A DNA stretch of 63,741 nt, counting the filler, from Hausera hauseri (Eukaryota): the NCBI GenBank assembly GCA_046269625.1. It is 13 parts of 13 records of this genome, joined end to end, with 100 filler letters (N's around TTAATTAATTAA, not from the genome) between each part and the next. Parts side by side here need not be neighbours in the genome. Positions count along the whole stretch, not along the records: positions 34,725 to 39,492 come from JBJURY010442801.1; positions 39,593 to 44,603 come from JBJURY010362040.1; positions 44,704 to 49,956 come from JBJURY010298611.1; 10 more parts are not named here. The stretch is one strand, 5' to 3'. Made by a program: the position numbers and the translations under genes. Below, one piece after another: positions 36,631 to 49,297 of this stretch. The stretch's first letter is position 1. Every line of letters starts with the position of its first letter. A model generated the notes under the pieces. It had not been told where the DNA came from, made no database searches, and saw only the letters and a program-made list of their open reading frames with translations.

Positions 36631-38690
36631 CACTGAACAACAAAAAAAAAAAAACTTTCTGCGGATATCTTGGCATTCAATAAGTGATCTTAGTCAATTT
36701 GAACATGCTGATTTCAAAAATGCAAACCGTTTTTTTCTATCAGGTCCCATTCTTGAAATATCCACGATCTTAAATTTTATATTTCAATTTACTACTGCAA
36801 AACGCAAGAAATTTAATATTTATGCAAAAATTTGAATTTAAAGGTAATTGTTACACTAATTTTAAACATAAACAATAAACATGGCTTTAGCTACTGAAAT
36901 TATAAATAAAATCCATAATTTGATGATTAACTAAAGTTCAAATTGAAGTCTACTATCTGTCATATGTGCAAAAATTTGAAAAACATGTTCACGGTTTAAA
37001 TTTCTTGGCTGTGGAATTCCGCTTATACCGATGAGTTGGTAAATCACGATGAAGGGTCCAACAATAGTCTGTCGACATCGCTCACTTCACCGACCCTGAT
37101 AGCGTGACTCCATCATCGAAATGTCCTTGTGGAAGCGCTCGCCATGTTCGTCACTGACTGCGCCTAGGTTTTCAGGGAAGAAGTCTAGATGCGAGTCGAG
37201 TAAATTAATTTTCACAGACATATTGCAGCCAAGATGTTGGTTTGCACTAATGCATTTTTTTTACTATATTCACGTAGTCTGCACTTTTCTTTTTTTCCAA
37301 GGAAATTGAATACGACTGACTTGAATGCCACCCACGCATCTTTTTCAGTAGGACTTAGAATGTCTTGAAAGTGTTCATCAGGCATGATTTCTTTTATTTG
37401 TGAACCTATGAATACACCTTCTTTTACCTTTGCATAGCTCAATCCTGGGAACTTGTTGCGCAGATCCAGAAATGCATCGGTGTCGCTGTCTAATTTCTTG
37501 ACAAAATTTTTCATAAGTCCCAACTTTATATGAAGCGGTGGCATAAGTATCATGTCACGATCAACCAAGGGTGGATGATGAACGTTTTTATTTCCTGGCT
37601 GCATTCTGTTTCTGATTGGCCAATTCTTATTTGTGTAGTGTTGCTTCCTATCTCTGCTGTCCCATTCGCATATGAAGCAGTAGTACTTTGTGTATCCTGT
37701 CTTCAATCCCGTTAGAATAGCTGCTACTTTTAAGTCACCGCAAACACTCCAGTTTTAATCGTGATAACGTATTTTTTGCAGAAGTAGCGACATGTTTTTG
37801 TAGGTCTCTTTCATGTGGGCAGAATATCCTACTGGTATTGATGTATATCTATTTCCTTTGTGCAACAATACCGCCTTCAAACTAGTCTTCGACGGGTCGA
37901 TGAACAGTCGCCATTCTTCAACTTTATGTTCAACCCCCAGACATGACAAAAGACCATCAACATCTGTGCAGTAGCAAATACTGTCACTCATGTCAAAGTA
38001 TTGAATAAGATTGTTATGCATGTGTCTAAAGTTTGCTGTTGCTGTACAAGGTGCAAGTTAATGAAATTCCTTCAAACGAGAACCAAGTAGTTCTGCTTAG
38101 GCTTTTGTTAGTGCCAGATCTCTTACAAGGTCACAAAGTTCAGCATAATTAATCAAATGAATTTCTTCTCCGGCAGCATTGTAGTCAGAGTCACTGGCAG
38201 AAAATGAAATATTACTTTCTTCTTGCATTTCTTCGTCAATTGTGAATGATGCAGGTGCTGGTGGCATTGGACAAGCCATAGGATCATGTGGAATTGGTTT
38301 CAAAACTGACGGAAAATCTGCGTATTTAATAGATGAACGAGTTTTATAGGCAATGCCAATAACTTTTGCCAGACAAAAATAACAATCTGTTGAGTGATTG
38401 CTTTGCTCACGCCATATCATAGGAACTCCGAATGCCATGTGATTGTTTTTCTTTGCCTTCCTGATCCAACCACACAAGTTGCATGAACACGTCAAACAGA
38501 TGAACTTTGGTGCCCAGGACTTACCACAATCTACCTTCGAATCAAAGTACAGTTCGTATGCTTTCTTTAGTAACGGTGTGAAAGTCTTCCGATGTGATTT
38601 GTCTGTCACAAAGCCACACACATAGCAAAAATGATCAGGTGAATCTGGCACCCTCTACTGGCCAGCTGAGGTAACTACAGTTCCAGACAT
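36631..38690 (-). mobile_element. Chapaev3-like DNA transposon, decayed transposase plus one terminus
   Basis: FCYVCG, KSWAPKFIC, VPMIWREQSNHSTDCYFC, WRLFID.SK.SLKAVLLH, CFICEWDSR, PPLHIKLGLMK, SDEHGERFHKDI, DYCW; terminus CACTGAACAAC at 36631; several stops. Confidence 0.8.
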
Positions 38691-39213
38691 AACCACTACA
38701 TAACCAGGAAAACATTAAGTAAAACAGCCAGGTACTGTAAATTAGAAATATGTTAAAAAATATACAGATTGGTGATTATAAGTGAAATCCAGCATTCTGA
38801 CCCACCAATTAGCTGTAATGTTATTTGATTTTTATTATATGGTTATTCCTTGATCGCTGTGGCCCTGGTGCTGTTTGGTATCTGAATTTATGAAACCCTT
38901 TAGTCTACACCATGAATTATCTCGAGTGACTTACTTTCTATTTCCCCAAGGAAGCATTTCCTCACTGCAGCACAAATAAGCATCTAAGAACCCAAGTGAA
39001 ACATAAGTGGCACGTTAGTGTATAGTCGAGAAGTAAGTAGTGTTTTCAGATGCCGTTTTAAGACAACAGAGACGACACACAATGAGGAGTCCTTTTTTTT
39101 GAATAAAACCTTGGAATGGCTTCAAGGACAGCCTGACTGAATGATAATAAAAAAAAAAGAGAGATAAACCAGTCCTCTGTATTAAAGTTGCTTAGATATA
39201 CTAAGAATAGGCC

Positions 39214-39390
39214 TTTTTATGCCTCCGCCCTCTGGGATCGGAGGCATACTGTTCTTTGGTTGTCCGTCGGTGCATTGAATTAGTGGGTGGAAAATCCTGT
39301 CCGTCACACTGTCTTATGTCCACTGTATCTCCTGAGAACATTTTGGGGTCAAAGGTCAAAGCTGAAGGTTAGGTAAAGTGACCTTTGTTT
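39214..39390 (+). mobile_element. HINE/DINE-1-like (Helentron-associated) non-autonomous element, 5' part
   Basis: T-run then inverted pair TATGCCTCCG (39218-39227) / CGGAGGCATA (39239-39248), TGTCCGTC remnants and GGTCAAAGGTCAAA. Confidence 0.55.
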
Positions 39391-40212
39391 CTTGAATCCC
39401 CTTATTTTACTGGTAGGTTACATATATTAATGATATGCTAAATATCAATGAGAAACTCATGTTTAGATATTGTTGATATAGTTACATACTTCNNNNNNNN
39501 NNNNNNNNNNNNNNNNNNNNNNNNNNNNNNNNNNNNTTAATTAATTAANNNNNNNNNNNNNNNNNNNNNNNNNNNNNNNNNNNNNNNNNNNNTAGTGGAC
39601 ATAGCGTAGAAGGAGAACATTCACAATCGAATTGCAAAAGTGAAAGAAGAAGAGCGAGTCATGAAAGGACAGTTCTGTTTATAACAATCTTTTGAATCAA
39701 CACATCAACCCTAAAAAACGAGAACCTTGGTAAAAACATACGATTGCCTTAAATTATCATTACAGGTCAGTTTTACTTTCATTTACGGTTTCTGCATCAA
39801 TGCAGATGAGATAATTCCATAATTGCTCCGCCGCCTGTGCCTGCAACTATCACAGATGTTACCAGTGAAATACTGCACGTTACACCTGCCGCAAAACATC
39901 AAGGGATAAAACAAAATTAAATATTTGATTTTAGCTGCAGGCTAGCTTACACCCTGACTGACAGCTATTTCTACTGAGAACCTTAATATGTATGAATGAT
40001 GGCACTTTGCACTTTATTCCTTCATTGCTCATGCTGGTGCCTTAACCAGACAGTCAGAGAAAATTTTGCTCTCGGCCGTTGATTCCTTAGATCACATGAC
40101 CAGAACAGTTGTCCCACTGACACTTGAAAGCAGGTTTTAGTGGTGGTAGATGAAGTTATTAGCCTGAATAATGAATCATCATGCTTTAATGACTCACTGT
40201 GTAAATTACATA

Positions 40213-41169
40213 TCATGGTTTTGATGTATCATAATTAGATTCAGAATTTATTTCCCTATCCCGACTTTCCAACATTAATTCATTGTGACACTCAGTATAA
40301 GAAATTAACTCATGAGAAGTGTTAACGACATCGTTTGTGGTTTTATAATATTCCAACAAAGAGCCATCATTTTCACTTTCAATTGGACATTCGATTAAAA
40401 CATTACAATTTTTAGATTTATCAATTTCATTACATTGATTATCATTTTCTAAAAAACTATCCCCAATAGAAAAAATATCCCCCCTATCTGTACTACAAGA
40501 AAATCCTTCCACTCTATTCGTTTCATCAATATTCCGATCCAAACACTTATAATTTTGACTCAAAAAACATACATTATCATTATCACATGAAGAACCTAAA
40601 TAAGAATTATCATAATTTACAACACTAGAATCAAATTTACGTGAGTCATATACTTCAGGACACAAAATATCATGATACTCATTACATTCATCCTCATTTT
40701 CAACATATTCAAAACCCCGATTAAATTCATTAACATAATCACATTCATCCCCATAAAATTTTTGACCACTAAATTCTCTAAAGGTAATATCCAAACAATT
40801 CTGATACACTCTCAAATTCTGAAAATCAATTTGTAAATTAAATAAAGAAATATGATCAATTCCTAAAATAATATAAGGCAAGTGGCCTGAACTTACATAA
40901 AATTCAATTTCTCTCATTATCTGCCCTACCTTAACTTTAGTTCTAAAAACATAAAAAACATTAACTCTACCAGTTAAACTCTGTATGGAAATAGGTTCAG
41001 CCAATTCTATCAGGGAACCATTCCTTACCTGTAAATCGTTTATACAATCCATACTTATTATAGAAACATTACTGGCTGAGTCTAGAATCAAAACACTTTC
41101 TTTAACCCCATTCATCATCGTATTTCCATAGGAAGTTGCACCAATAGTAGCTGCAACTCCAATTAAACC
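40213..41169 (-). CDS. pol: Retrotransposon aspartic protease plus long acidic D/N/E-rich region; RT absent
   Basis: LILDSASNVSII ... IILGIDHI; same frame as the upstream gag, separated by one TGA. Confidence 0.75.
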   Translation of the reverse strand, partial: GLIGVAATIGATSYGNTMMNGVKESVLILDSASNVSIISMDCINDLQVRNGSLIELAEPISIQSLTGRVNVFYVFRTKVKVGQIMREIEFYVSSGHLPYIILGIDHISLFNLQIDFQNLRVYQNCLDITFREFSGQKFYGDECDYVNEFNRGFEYVENEDECNEYHDILCPEVYDSRKFDSSVVNYDNSYLGSSCDNDNVCFLSQNYKCLDRNIDETNRVEGFSCSTDRGDIFSIGDSFLENDNQCNEIDKSKNCNVLIECPIESENDGSLLEYYKTTNDVVNTSHELISYTECHNELMLESRDREINSESNYDTSKP

Positions 41170-42177
41170 TCAGCTATAAGAATCGTCATCAATCACAGAA
41201 GACACACTATTAGTCAAAAGTTCCTTTCCAAAAGTGGCTGGTTCATCACAAGGTATTCGTCTGGAGTTCCCCGGTACAAAATTAACTGTAGGTTGTGAAG
41301 CTGTATCATTAACTTTTTGTCCATATGGTCGATTAGTTAATTGTTCCGAATGGTACTGCCGGTTGGTTGATTGTTCTGAATGAAAAGGTTGATTGGTTGA
41401 CCGTTCTGAGTGAAACGGGTGGTTGATTGACCTTTCTGCACAAAATGGTTGATTGGTTGATCGTTCTGAGTGAAATGGTTGGTTGGTTGACCGTCCTACA
41501 TGAAATGGTTGATTGGTTGACCGTTCCGAATAACCTGGCCGATATTTAGAAGACGTGGAATTCCATCTGGAATAATTTCTTTCACGAGGTCTATCACTGG
41601 AATCTCGTGCACGGCCAATGGTTCTTCTAACTGCCTCATACCATTCTTGTATACTATTAAATTGATATGCTATTAATAAGTTTCGATAAAAGTTAGGCAA
41701 TCCATCATTAAGTGCTTCAATTATAACATCCTCTGGTAATTTCAATGACCTTCCTAATGATGTCTTAACACGAAAATACTGTTCAAATCCTCTTATTTCC
41801 CTCAATTCCGTATCTATAAAGTCTCTGTAACTCGGTGTATCTTTTTTAAATCTTTCCAGGAATTTATTTTTAAGTTCAATCCAAGATAAAACATTAATGC
41901 ATTCCGAAAAATAATACTCGAGGGCTTCCCCCTTTAAAATGGAAACAAAAGTGGAAATTCGCTGCAAATCTGGATGCTTTTCTTCAAATTGTCTATCCAG
42001 ATATACAAACAAATTATCGACAGATATCGGCGAGTTTCTATTTTCAAAGCTAACATTTGCATTCATGATGATACGTGGTTTTTTATAACATAAATTAAAT
42101 TGGATTTTTGAATTCACTTTAGAATCTTCTGGACCTTCTTCATACTTATTATAATCAAATCCAGATCTCAAGGGCAT
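41170..42177 (-). CDS. gag: LTR-retrotransposon Gag
   Basis: MPLRSG start; LKGEALEYY...SWIELKNKFLERF...ALNDGLP capsid pattern; intact 335 aa. Confidence 0.82.
   Translation of the reverse strand: MPLRSGFDYNKYEEGPEDSKVNSKIQFNLCYKKPRIIMNANVSFENRNSPISVDNLFVYLDRQFEEKHPDLQRISTFVSILKGEALEYYFSECINVLSWIELKNKFLERFKKDTPSYRDFIDTELREIRGFEQYFRVKTSLGRSLKLPEDVIIEALNDGLPNFYRNLLIAYQFNSIQEWYEAVRRTIGRARDSSDRPRERNYSRWNSTSSKYRPGYSERSTNQPFHVGRSTNQPFHSERSTNQPFCAERSINHPFHSERSTNQPFHSEQSTNRQYHSEQLTNRPYGQKVNDTASQPTVNFVPGNSRRIPCDEPATFGKELLTNSVSSVIDDDSYS
41325..41532 (-). repeat. Coding minisatellite, about 7 x 30 nt (SERSTNQPFH)
   Basis: Directly visible in both DNA and protein. Confidence 0.92.
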
Positions 42178-42371
42178 AACTCACTGGCATGACTTGCTTT
42201 ACTTGTCGGCAATAATCTTCTTGCAGGTTTAAATCTTGCGCTTTTGTTGCTATCCTGTCAGCTCAACGGCAGCTTGTATTATAATCTAAGTTTTTTCTTT
42301 TTTCTCTTTTCCTTTTTTCTTCGGCTTGACGGCAGCTGGTATTATAATCTAGTTTTATCCTGCCGGCTTAA

Positions 42372-43293
42372 TGTCACGATCCCAGTTGATTCGCGAGTGT
42401 TATCTGGCGAATGGGTCGTGGCTTGGATGAAAAACCCGTTTCCCCGAAGAGTTAGAGTTCAATTTGCAGTCGTGTGGCCAAGGAGAAAAGGCTTGGGTTC
42501 ACCCATTGGATTCTTAATGTCCAATCTTGTGAATAAAGGACCATAAATCAATGACAAAGTTCCTTTTTATTTATCCAATTCTTAAACATCATCTTCTTCA
42601 ATACAATCAATGAGCTTCAAAACAGTTTACTTAATAGAATAATGTCCAAAACATCCGTCATTATAACATTCCTCCACTATCTCTATCCAATTAAAATATA
42701 ATTTAAGATACCTTTAGCACTTTAAAAACATTAATTTATAAACTATTAAAACAACTCATTTAATTAAAACTGGTTACTTAAAAGGTTAAAAAACTAGAAC
42801 ACGAACGACAAATCTCATAAATGCTTCATGCTCTGATCAGCTCCGATGCGTTCAATGTGCCTCCTCTACCAAAGCGCGAGCCCTCTTATACTCGCAGAAT
42901 GCGAATCTGGAATTTTCTACCTGGCGTAAACGGGCACAGGCTCTTGGCGACCATTTCTACCTGTCATATGCGGTGATTCAACATAAATGTTCCGCAATAT
43001 TCAAAAGAAGGAGCCAAGAGGGCTAAATCGCCAAATACTCAAAATAGACGAAAAAACTCACAGCTTGATTCGCTTTATGCGAAAAGACGCAAGCTGGAAT
43101 TCGTGCTCTTTGACGACAGGGACCGTATTTTAAAACAAATAAATACTTTGAGGGACCATACATTAATAAAAGAAGGAATGACAGTATCCAATTTAACTGA
43201 AGAAGCAATGGAAGTAAGTATTCAAGGCTTTCAATGGTGATTGAGTTCAGTTTAAATGATCTATTGGGGAGGGGGAGAAAAAAGAATACGACA
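42372..43293 (-). repeat. Putative ~920-bp LTR upstream of gag
   Basis: Minus strand starts TGTCGTA after a G-rich tract (GGACGGGGGATT) and ends CGTGACA ~200 nt before gag. No second copy to confirm; no clear TGG PBS. Confidence 0.35.
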
Positions 43294-44703
43294 AATCCCC
43301 CGTCCGCATGGAGAGGGCACCTTGGGTGTATGAAATAAAAAAAAAGGTGCTCTCTTATTTCTCACGTTTCTTTTTTCATACCCTGACCATTATAACTTAC
43401 ATTCTCAAAATCACAACTAGACTTTACATCTCCACCTCAAACTACAATATTTTCACAAAATCAATAGCATTATTTGACAGTCCAGCCATATTGAAGCTTC
43501 TATATCAAAATCACATCTCAATCTCCACATTTCACAATATACAATGAACCATTTTTACCCTAAAAACATATTACAGAAAACTTACCAATTTCACTTCCAT
43601 ACATAAAGATAACAATGATACACAAATTTTCAAAATACATAAAATAATCAATTAATACATTATATTTAACAAAATAAATTCAATTACAATATTCAATTTT
43701 TTACACAGCAATGTTAAAGAAATGGATGATTAAATTCCATATCTAACAAGGTGGCAAATAAAATAATGGAAAAACACAAAAAGAACCACGTGTAATGTTG
43801 TTGTGTAACTTTTATGGATGGTGTCCAGTCACCAGAGCCAAAGGCAAAAATCAAGTATGTTTTCCCCAAATCCATGAAGAAACTTTGACCTTAGCCTTAA
43901 ATTCTTGTTAAAAAAGACAAGAAAGTTAAAGAGGCTCTACTGATTAGAGGAAAACCTCCTTATCGAAAAAGGGGACAAGGGCAAAAAAAAGAAAAGTAAT
44001 GGCTCAATCAAATAACTGGAATCTTCGAAAGAGTCAACCAGGCCATCTTTCTCAAAAATAGATCTCTTCTTTAGGTTTATCCAACCAAAAGATTCTGTAA
44101 ATCTCAAAAAACATTAGATCTTCCCTCCTCGAATGATTTTTGAACGGGAAGATCCAAAGGGAAACGCGATAATTACTAATATTCATACTTTATAATTTAA
44201 AAGATTACCCGACAGGAAGTAGTTTTATAAGAAAAACAAACTTGAGTTTGTGTAAACTGAATCTGTTTAACATGACCATAACCTCCAAAAGATGAAAAAA
44301 GCTTCTCAAATTTCGACAATTCTTTTCGCTCATTACCATCATTTGTAGACACAGATGTGGAATTTATACAATTAGAATGACAATTATCTAGGATTTCAAT
44401 CACATTTGATTCAAGAACATAATTCACTGGACAGATATAGTTATGAGCTGTTTTCATATTATCAACATATAACTGTTTCGGAATAACAGATCTTCTATTT
44501 TAAAATTGTATAGCCCATAACTTCTGCCATTGTGGACCAATCTCGTATTTTCAATATAATGATTATTTGTAGTTGCAACAAAACAACATTTAGATTTGTC
44601 AATNNNNNNNNNNNNNNNNNNNNNNNNNNNNNNNNNNNNNNNNNNNNTTAATTAATTAANNNNNNNNNNNNNNNNNNNNNNNNNNNNNNNNNNNNNNNNN
44701 NNN

Positions 44704-46901
44704 ATACGTTAAAATGTTTCAGTGCTTCTTTAACTGCTAGCGTTTCTAATTCTCTTACTGAATAATTTTTTTTTGCCTTCTTTAGGCAGAGTCCTCCATA
44801 AGCGATTGGGTGTTCTAGTTTTTCGTCTTCGCGCTTTTTTGCTAATTCGTATCCCATACCTTCTTTACTTGCGTCTGTTATAATAATAAACGGTAAGTTA
44901 AAATTAGGATATCTCAGTACTGATTCGCTAGTTAGTATGTTCCTTATTTCGTCGAACGACTTTTGTTCAACATCGGTCCATCTCCATTTCGTTCCCTTTT
45001 TTAATAATCGGTATTATGGCGCATTGATTTTTGAGTTATCCGGTACATAGGTAAAATAATATACACATAGACCTAACCAATGTCTCAGTTCCTTTTGGTA
45101 CTGAGGTTCCATACAGTCTGAAATTTTATTCAGTAATGATTTGTCAGGCTTGGATCCTCCTTCGCCAACTATATGGCCAAGATAGGACACGGCGTTTTGG
45201 GCATATCTACATTTCTTTTGGTTCAGCTTTAACCCAGCTTGTTCTAATCTCATGAAAGTGTTTTCAGTATCCTTCAGGTGCTCTTTTTCGTCCTTTGATG
45301 CAATCATTACGTCATCTAAGTACGCAAATGCATGTTCAAGTCCCAATAACATTTTATTCATCATTCTGGTAAATATGGTTGGTCCGGTGGTAACTCCAAA
45401 CGGCATAACGTTAAATTCGTATACTCCATCGTGAGTTTTAAACGCTGTTTTATAGCGGTCTTTGTCCTCAATCTCTACTTGCCAATATCCGGATTGCAAG
45501 TTCAGAGTGGTGAACCATTTCGTTCCTGAGAGCCTATCTAGAGCCTCTTTCACAGATGATAAGGGAAAAGAATCTTTCATCATGAGAGTATTTAATGCTT
45601 TATAATCCATACAAAGTTGATGTTTCGTAGTACCCTTCTTTTTAACCATAAGAATAGGTGAATACCAAGATCTGAAACTTGGTCGAATTATATCGGCCTT
45701 CAACATACGTTCTACCTCTTTCGTTATATCCGGCCTTAAGGAATGCGGCGGCGTATACCATTTTGTCATTTTCTCTCTTCGAGATCGATTTCATCGTTGG
45801 ATCCAGGCTTTTTCTTAAGCGGTATAGTTAACTTTAATGCCTTTGCTCGGCCAATGTCTTCTTCGCCTTTCGCAATAATTGATTTATATCTACATAATAA
45901 TTCGTAAAACTGGCAATGAGCTTCTGGTGAAAACTTCGCATCGACGTGTGGTGGAAATTCAGCGTATTTATACGGTTTCTCTTCAACCGTTATTGCTGAT
46001 ACTTTGTAAGTATGGCCTAGAATAGTGTTAGCATATAAAGATACTGGAATTTGAGCATTATTCACTATCCTTACAGGTATTCGTCCTGACGCTACTCGGG
46101 TTAATATATTGCTCAATATTATATTCGGATTTAGCGTTTCTTTTGGTTCAAAATATACTGGTAAATCGTCATCTTGACAAATGTGCGCAAATATCAACAA
46201 TTCCGTTCTAGTTGGAATATTTTCACCGACTGGAATCCAGATTTCTCCTGATTTTCTTTCTTTATTAACTTTAGTTCCTTTTATTGGTCCGAGCTCGATT
46301 AACTTCGAGGTATTCAGATCTATCGCGACGTTTGGTAAACGTTTTAATATATCACATCCTAATACTACCTAGTCTGTTAAGTGTTTCATTATAGAAGATT
46401 CATGTTGGAATGTCTCTCCCATTGTTTTAAGATTAGGATTCCACTTGAATTTCGGTCTTGATTCTTGTCCGAAAGCTCCTATACTTCCGAGATCTGTTGC
46501 AAGTGGTAATCGTAATTGACTTCGTAACGTTTTCGGTATTGATCCGTCCTTTATGAATGATTTCTCTGATTCGGTATCTACCAATGAGTATACTTCCCAA
46601 TCGTCAATACTAATTTTGGCGAAAGGTCTACCTTTTTTATCTTGGGTTGTTTAACGAATGATATCTTGTACCCATTTATACTAATTTCTGGTGCTTTATT
46701 CTCGGCTACCTGTCTTAACTCCTCAATGGGATACAATCCATTATTTACACTGTTTTCGTTGTCTCTCTCCGGCGTACTGATTAGTGGTTCTTCGTTGTTT
46801 ATACTATGAAAAGTTGGCATTCGTAGATTATCCCAATTTGATGATTTAGTTTCTATATTCCGTGAGATACTTGGAGAGTAGATCATTTTGCAATCATCCA
46901 C
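44704..46901 (-). pseudogene. pol: Ty3/gypsy pol: PR, RT, RNase H (truncated by contig end)
   Basis: VDTESEKSFI, LCMDYKALN, LQSGYWQV, FNVMPFGV, AYLDDVMI, TDASKEGMG, NYSVRELETLAV. Confidence 0.93.
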
Positions 46902-47362
46902 CGGGTGGCGGCATGATTCAGACTTCCCTTAAGTCGGTACATCTTCCGTAACACACCATGTTGCTTCGTTCCTTCATAAGGATCTTTGTAAGTGAAAGGT
47001 TTTCAATAGATTTCCGAGATATAAGAGTGAATAGATCTCTTATCGTTATCCTCGTATCGCGGTGCCGAATGAGGCTGTATGGGCAAAGGCGGCCTAAGCG
47101 CCTTACGATTGCTTATCTTGGAGACCGCGTCTCCTCCCTTAGGCTCATCATCATCCGAATCATTTTTCCAAAATTTTGGGTTCCTTTGTCCTATAAAAAA
47201 TATAAATTTTCCCTTTCGTTTTCGATTACAATAAGTGTGAGGAGGAATTTAAACGAATATTAATGTTTAAATTTAATTCAAAGTCAATTAAATAAATAGC
47301 CAATATAAAGTTGAGAAATTCAAAAAAGGATGAAAACAAGACTCATTTAATGAGTGAATGAG

Positions 47363-49296
47363 CTAATTGTTATAGTGAATAGATCTCTTATCGTTATCCT
47401 CGTATCGCGGTGCCGAAGGAGGCAGTATGGGCAAAGGCGGCCGTCTCTCCACGTCGCTTTTCCATTTGTTCTCTCCATAAGCCTTCAGAAAATTTCCAAA
47501 CGGCGTTATGATTGCCGTTAAGATTTTACATGAGAATCCGGTTAGTGTGAATATTTCGTAGCCATTTATAATGAACTGAATTATAGCCTTTATGAGTTGT
47601 ACCAAGAAGTAGATGGCTAAAAATCCAGATGCGGCTTGTCCAAAAATCAAAAATCTTCCCCAAATTTTATATAATATCTCAGTAGTAACTTTTTGATAAT
47701 GATTAACGCCAAGCAAAAATTCCCATTTAGCTTGATAGCGTGTGTCGTCCATCACTGTCGACATGGCTCTATTTAGTTTATGTGTGCGCTGTCGAGGAAA
47801 TGCTAAAAATTCTCTAAAAGCTTTAATTTCTTTCGGTTTGTAAATCGCTTTGCTTGCAGTGTCGGCGAACTTATCATCCGTTATGCCTTTTAGTAAAGTG
47901 GTTCCAGTTAATTTTCCAGGCGTGGCTATTATTCCTTGATTTGGCAGACTTACCCAATCTGTCTCACTTCTCTTAAACATAGGTTCGCCTAATCCTGCTT
48001 TGCATTCTTTCAAAATTGTTGGCTGTGTCGAGTTTTCTAGCAAAACTCTTCTAAGTGGCATAACCAATCGAGGTTCATTTTGATATATGACTGGCAATTC
48101 TTGGATACACCGTTTTTCTTCTACGTTTAGGGATACGTTTCGTTTTTCACATTCATAAGTTAGCAGAACTTCTCCAGTAACCCTACCAAAATACGTTCTT
48201 TCATAGGGATTACGGGGGATGCTAGCTCTGGATTTGCGTATATTAAGGCTAGTTTGGTTCTCATGATTTTCATATCCAATTTACAATCATTCGCAATCAT
48301 TTTGTGACATAATTCTGCTAGTTCAATTTGTCCTTTATAATAGAAGAAGTCATCTCTATCCTTTAAATAATCTTCTATTCTCACGTCTTGTGTTTCCAAA
48401 GCAAAAGTAGTTATTTCTGCATCTGCTACGAAGAATGCTTCGTAATTGGTAGCGTACATTACTACATTACATCGGAAAAGTATCTATTTCTTAATGAACT
48501 TTAATCCATGATCTTCGGAGATCAGTTTCGTGGGTGTAGATTGTTAAGCAACGTCCTTTCTCGGCCTGGCATTATTGTCGGTTGTCGCTACATACCTTTT
48601 TCCAGTGGTTTCGTTACAATTTATCTATTTTATTTTAATAAAATTACAATCATTCATAGGTGGTGGAGTCCAAATGACTATCCAGTTTCTGAAGGTACAG
48701 ACACCATCTTGGATATGGCACTTCTGGTCTTCGGTATATGTTTTCATAATACTATTGAACATCAGCTTTTGGTTCTTCATTTCTGATTCGCAGAAATCGA
48801 CCACTATTATTCCTGCTTCTCTTCCTTTTCCGGTATCGTACTCACCTCCTTGACAATATCCGGTGTGCATTTCCAGTTTTCCAATCGCTACCTTATATAC
48901 TCGAATTATCTTCCTTGGTTGGGCTTCTAGCTCAATTCCATCCTATCTCAACCTTCCAGTTTCTTTAGCTTGTTTACACTGTTGTCGATCTAAATCCATA
49001 GGTATTAGCGGTGTCGTTGGTTTTACTATCGGTAAGTGTCCGTGCATGTTTCCGCAGTGGAAAATACTTCGCGATAGTCGCAACATACATTCTATTCCGT
49101 CTATTGAGATTAATTCGCGCCGCTGATATAGAAAGTACTTCTTTTCAATAGTTACTAACTTATAAGGTCGGGCATTTTCGCATAATTCCAAATCCATCAA
49201 GGAATATCTTTGTCCAACCTTAAATTTATCGCAGTCGTATACCGTGATTGCACTAAGCTGTCTTATTAACATCATAAGTGTTATTAATTTAATCAT
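47363..49296 (-). pseudogene. env: Envelope glycoprotein, chuvirus G / herpes gB-like (class III)
   Basis: Signal peptide then ITVYDC...YSL.D...C; C...LSRSIFHCG; CQGGEY; YATNY; NDCKLD; MPV.YQNEP; C-terminal TM after WGRFLIFGQAASG. Stops and frameshifts present. Confidence 0.72.
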
Positions 49297-49297
49297 C

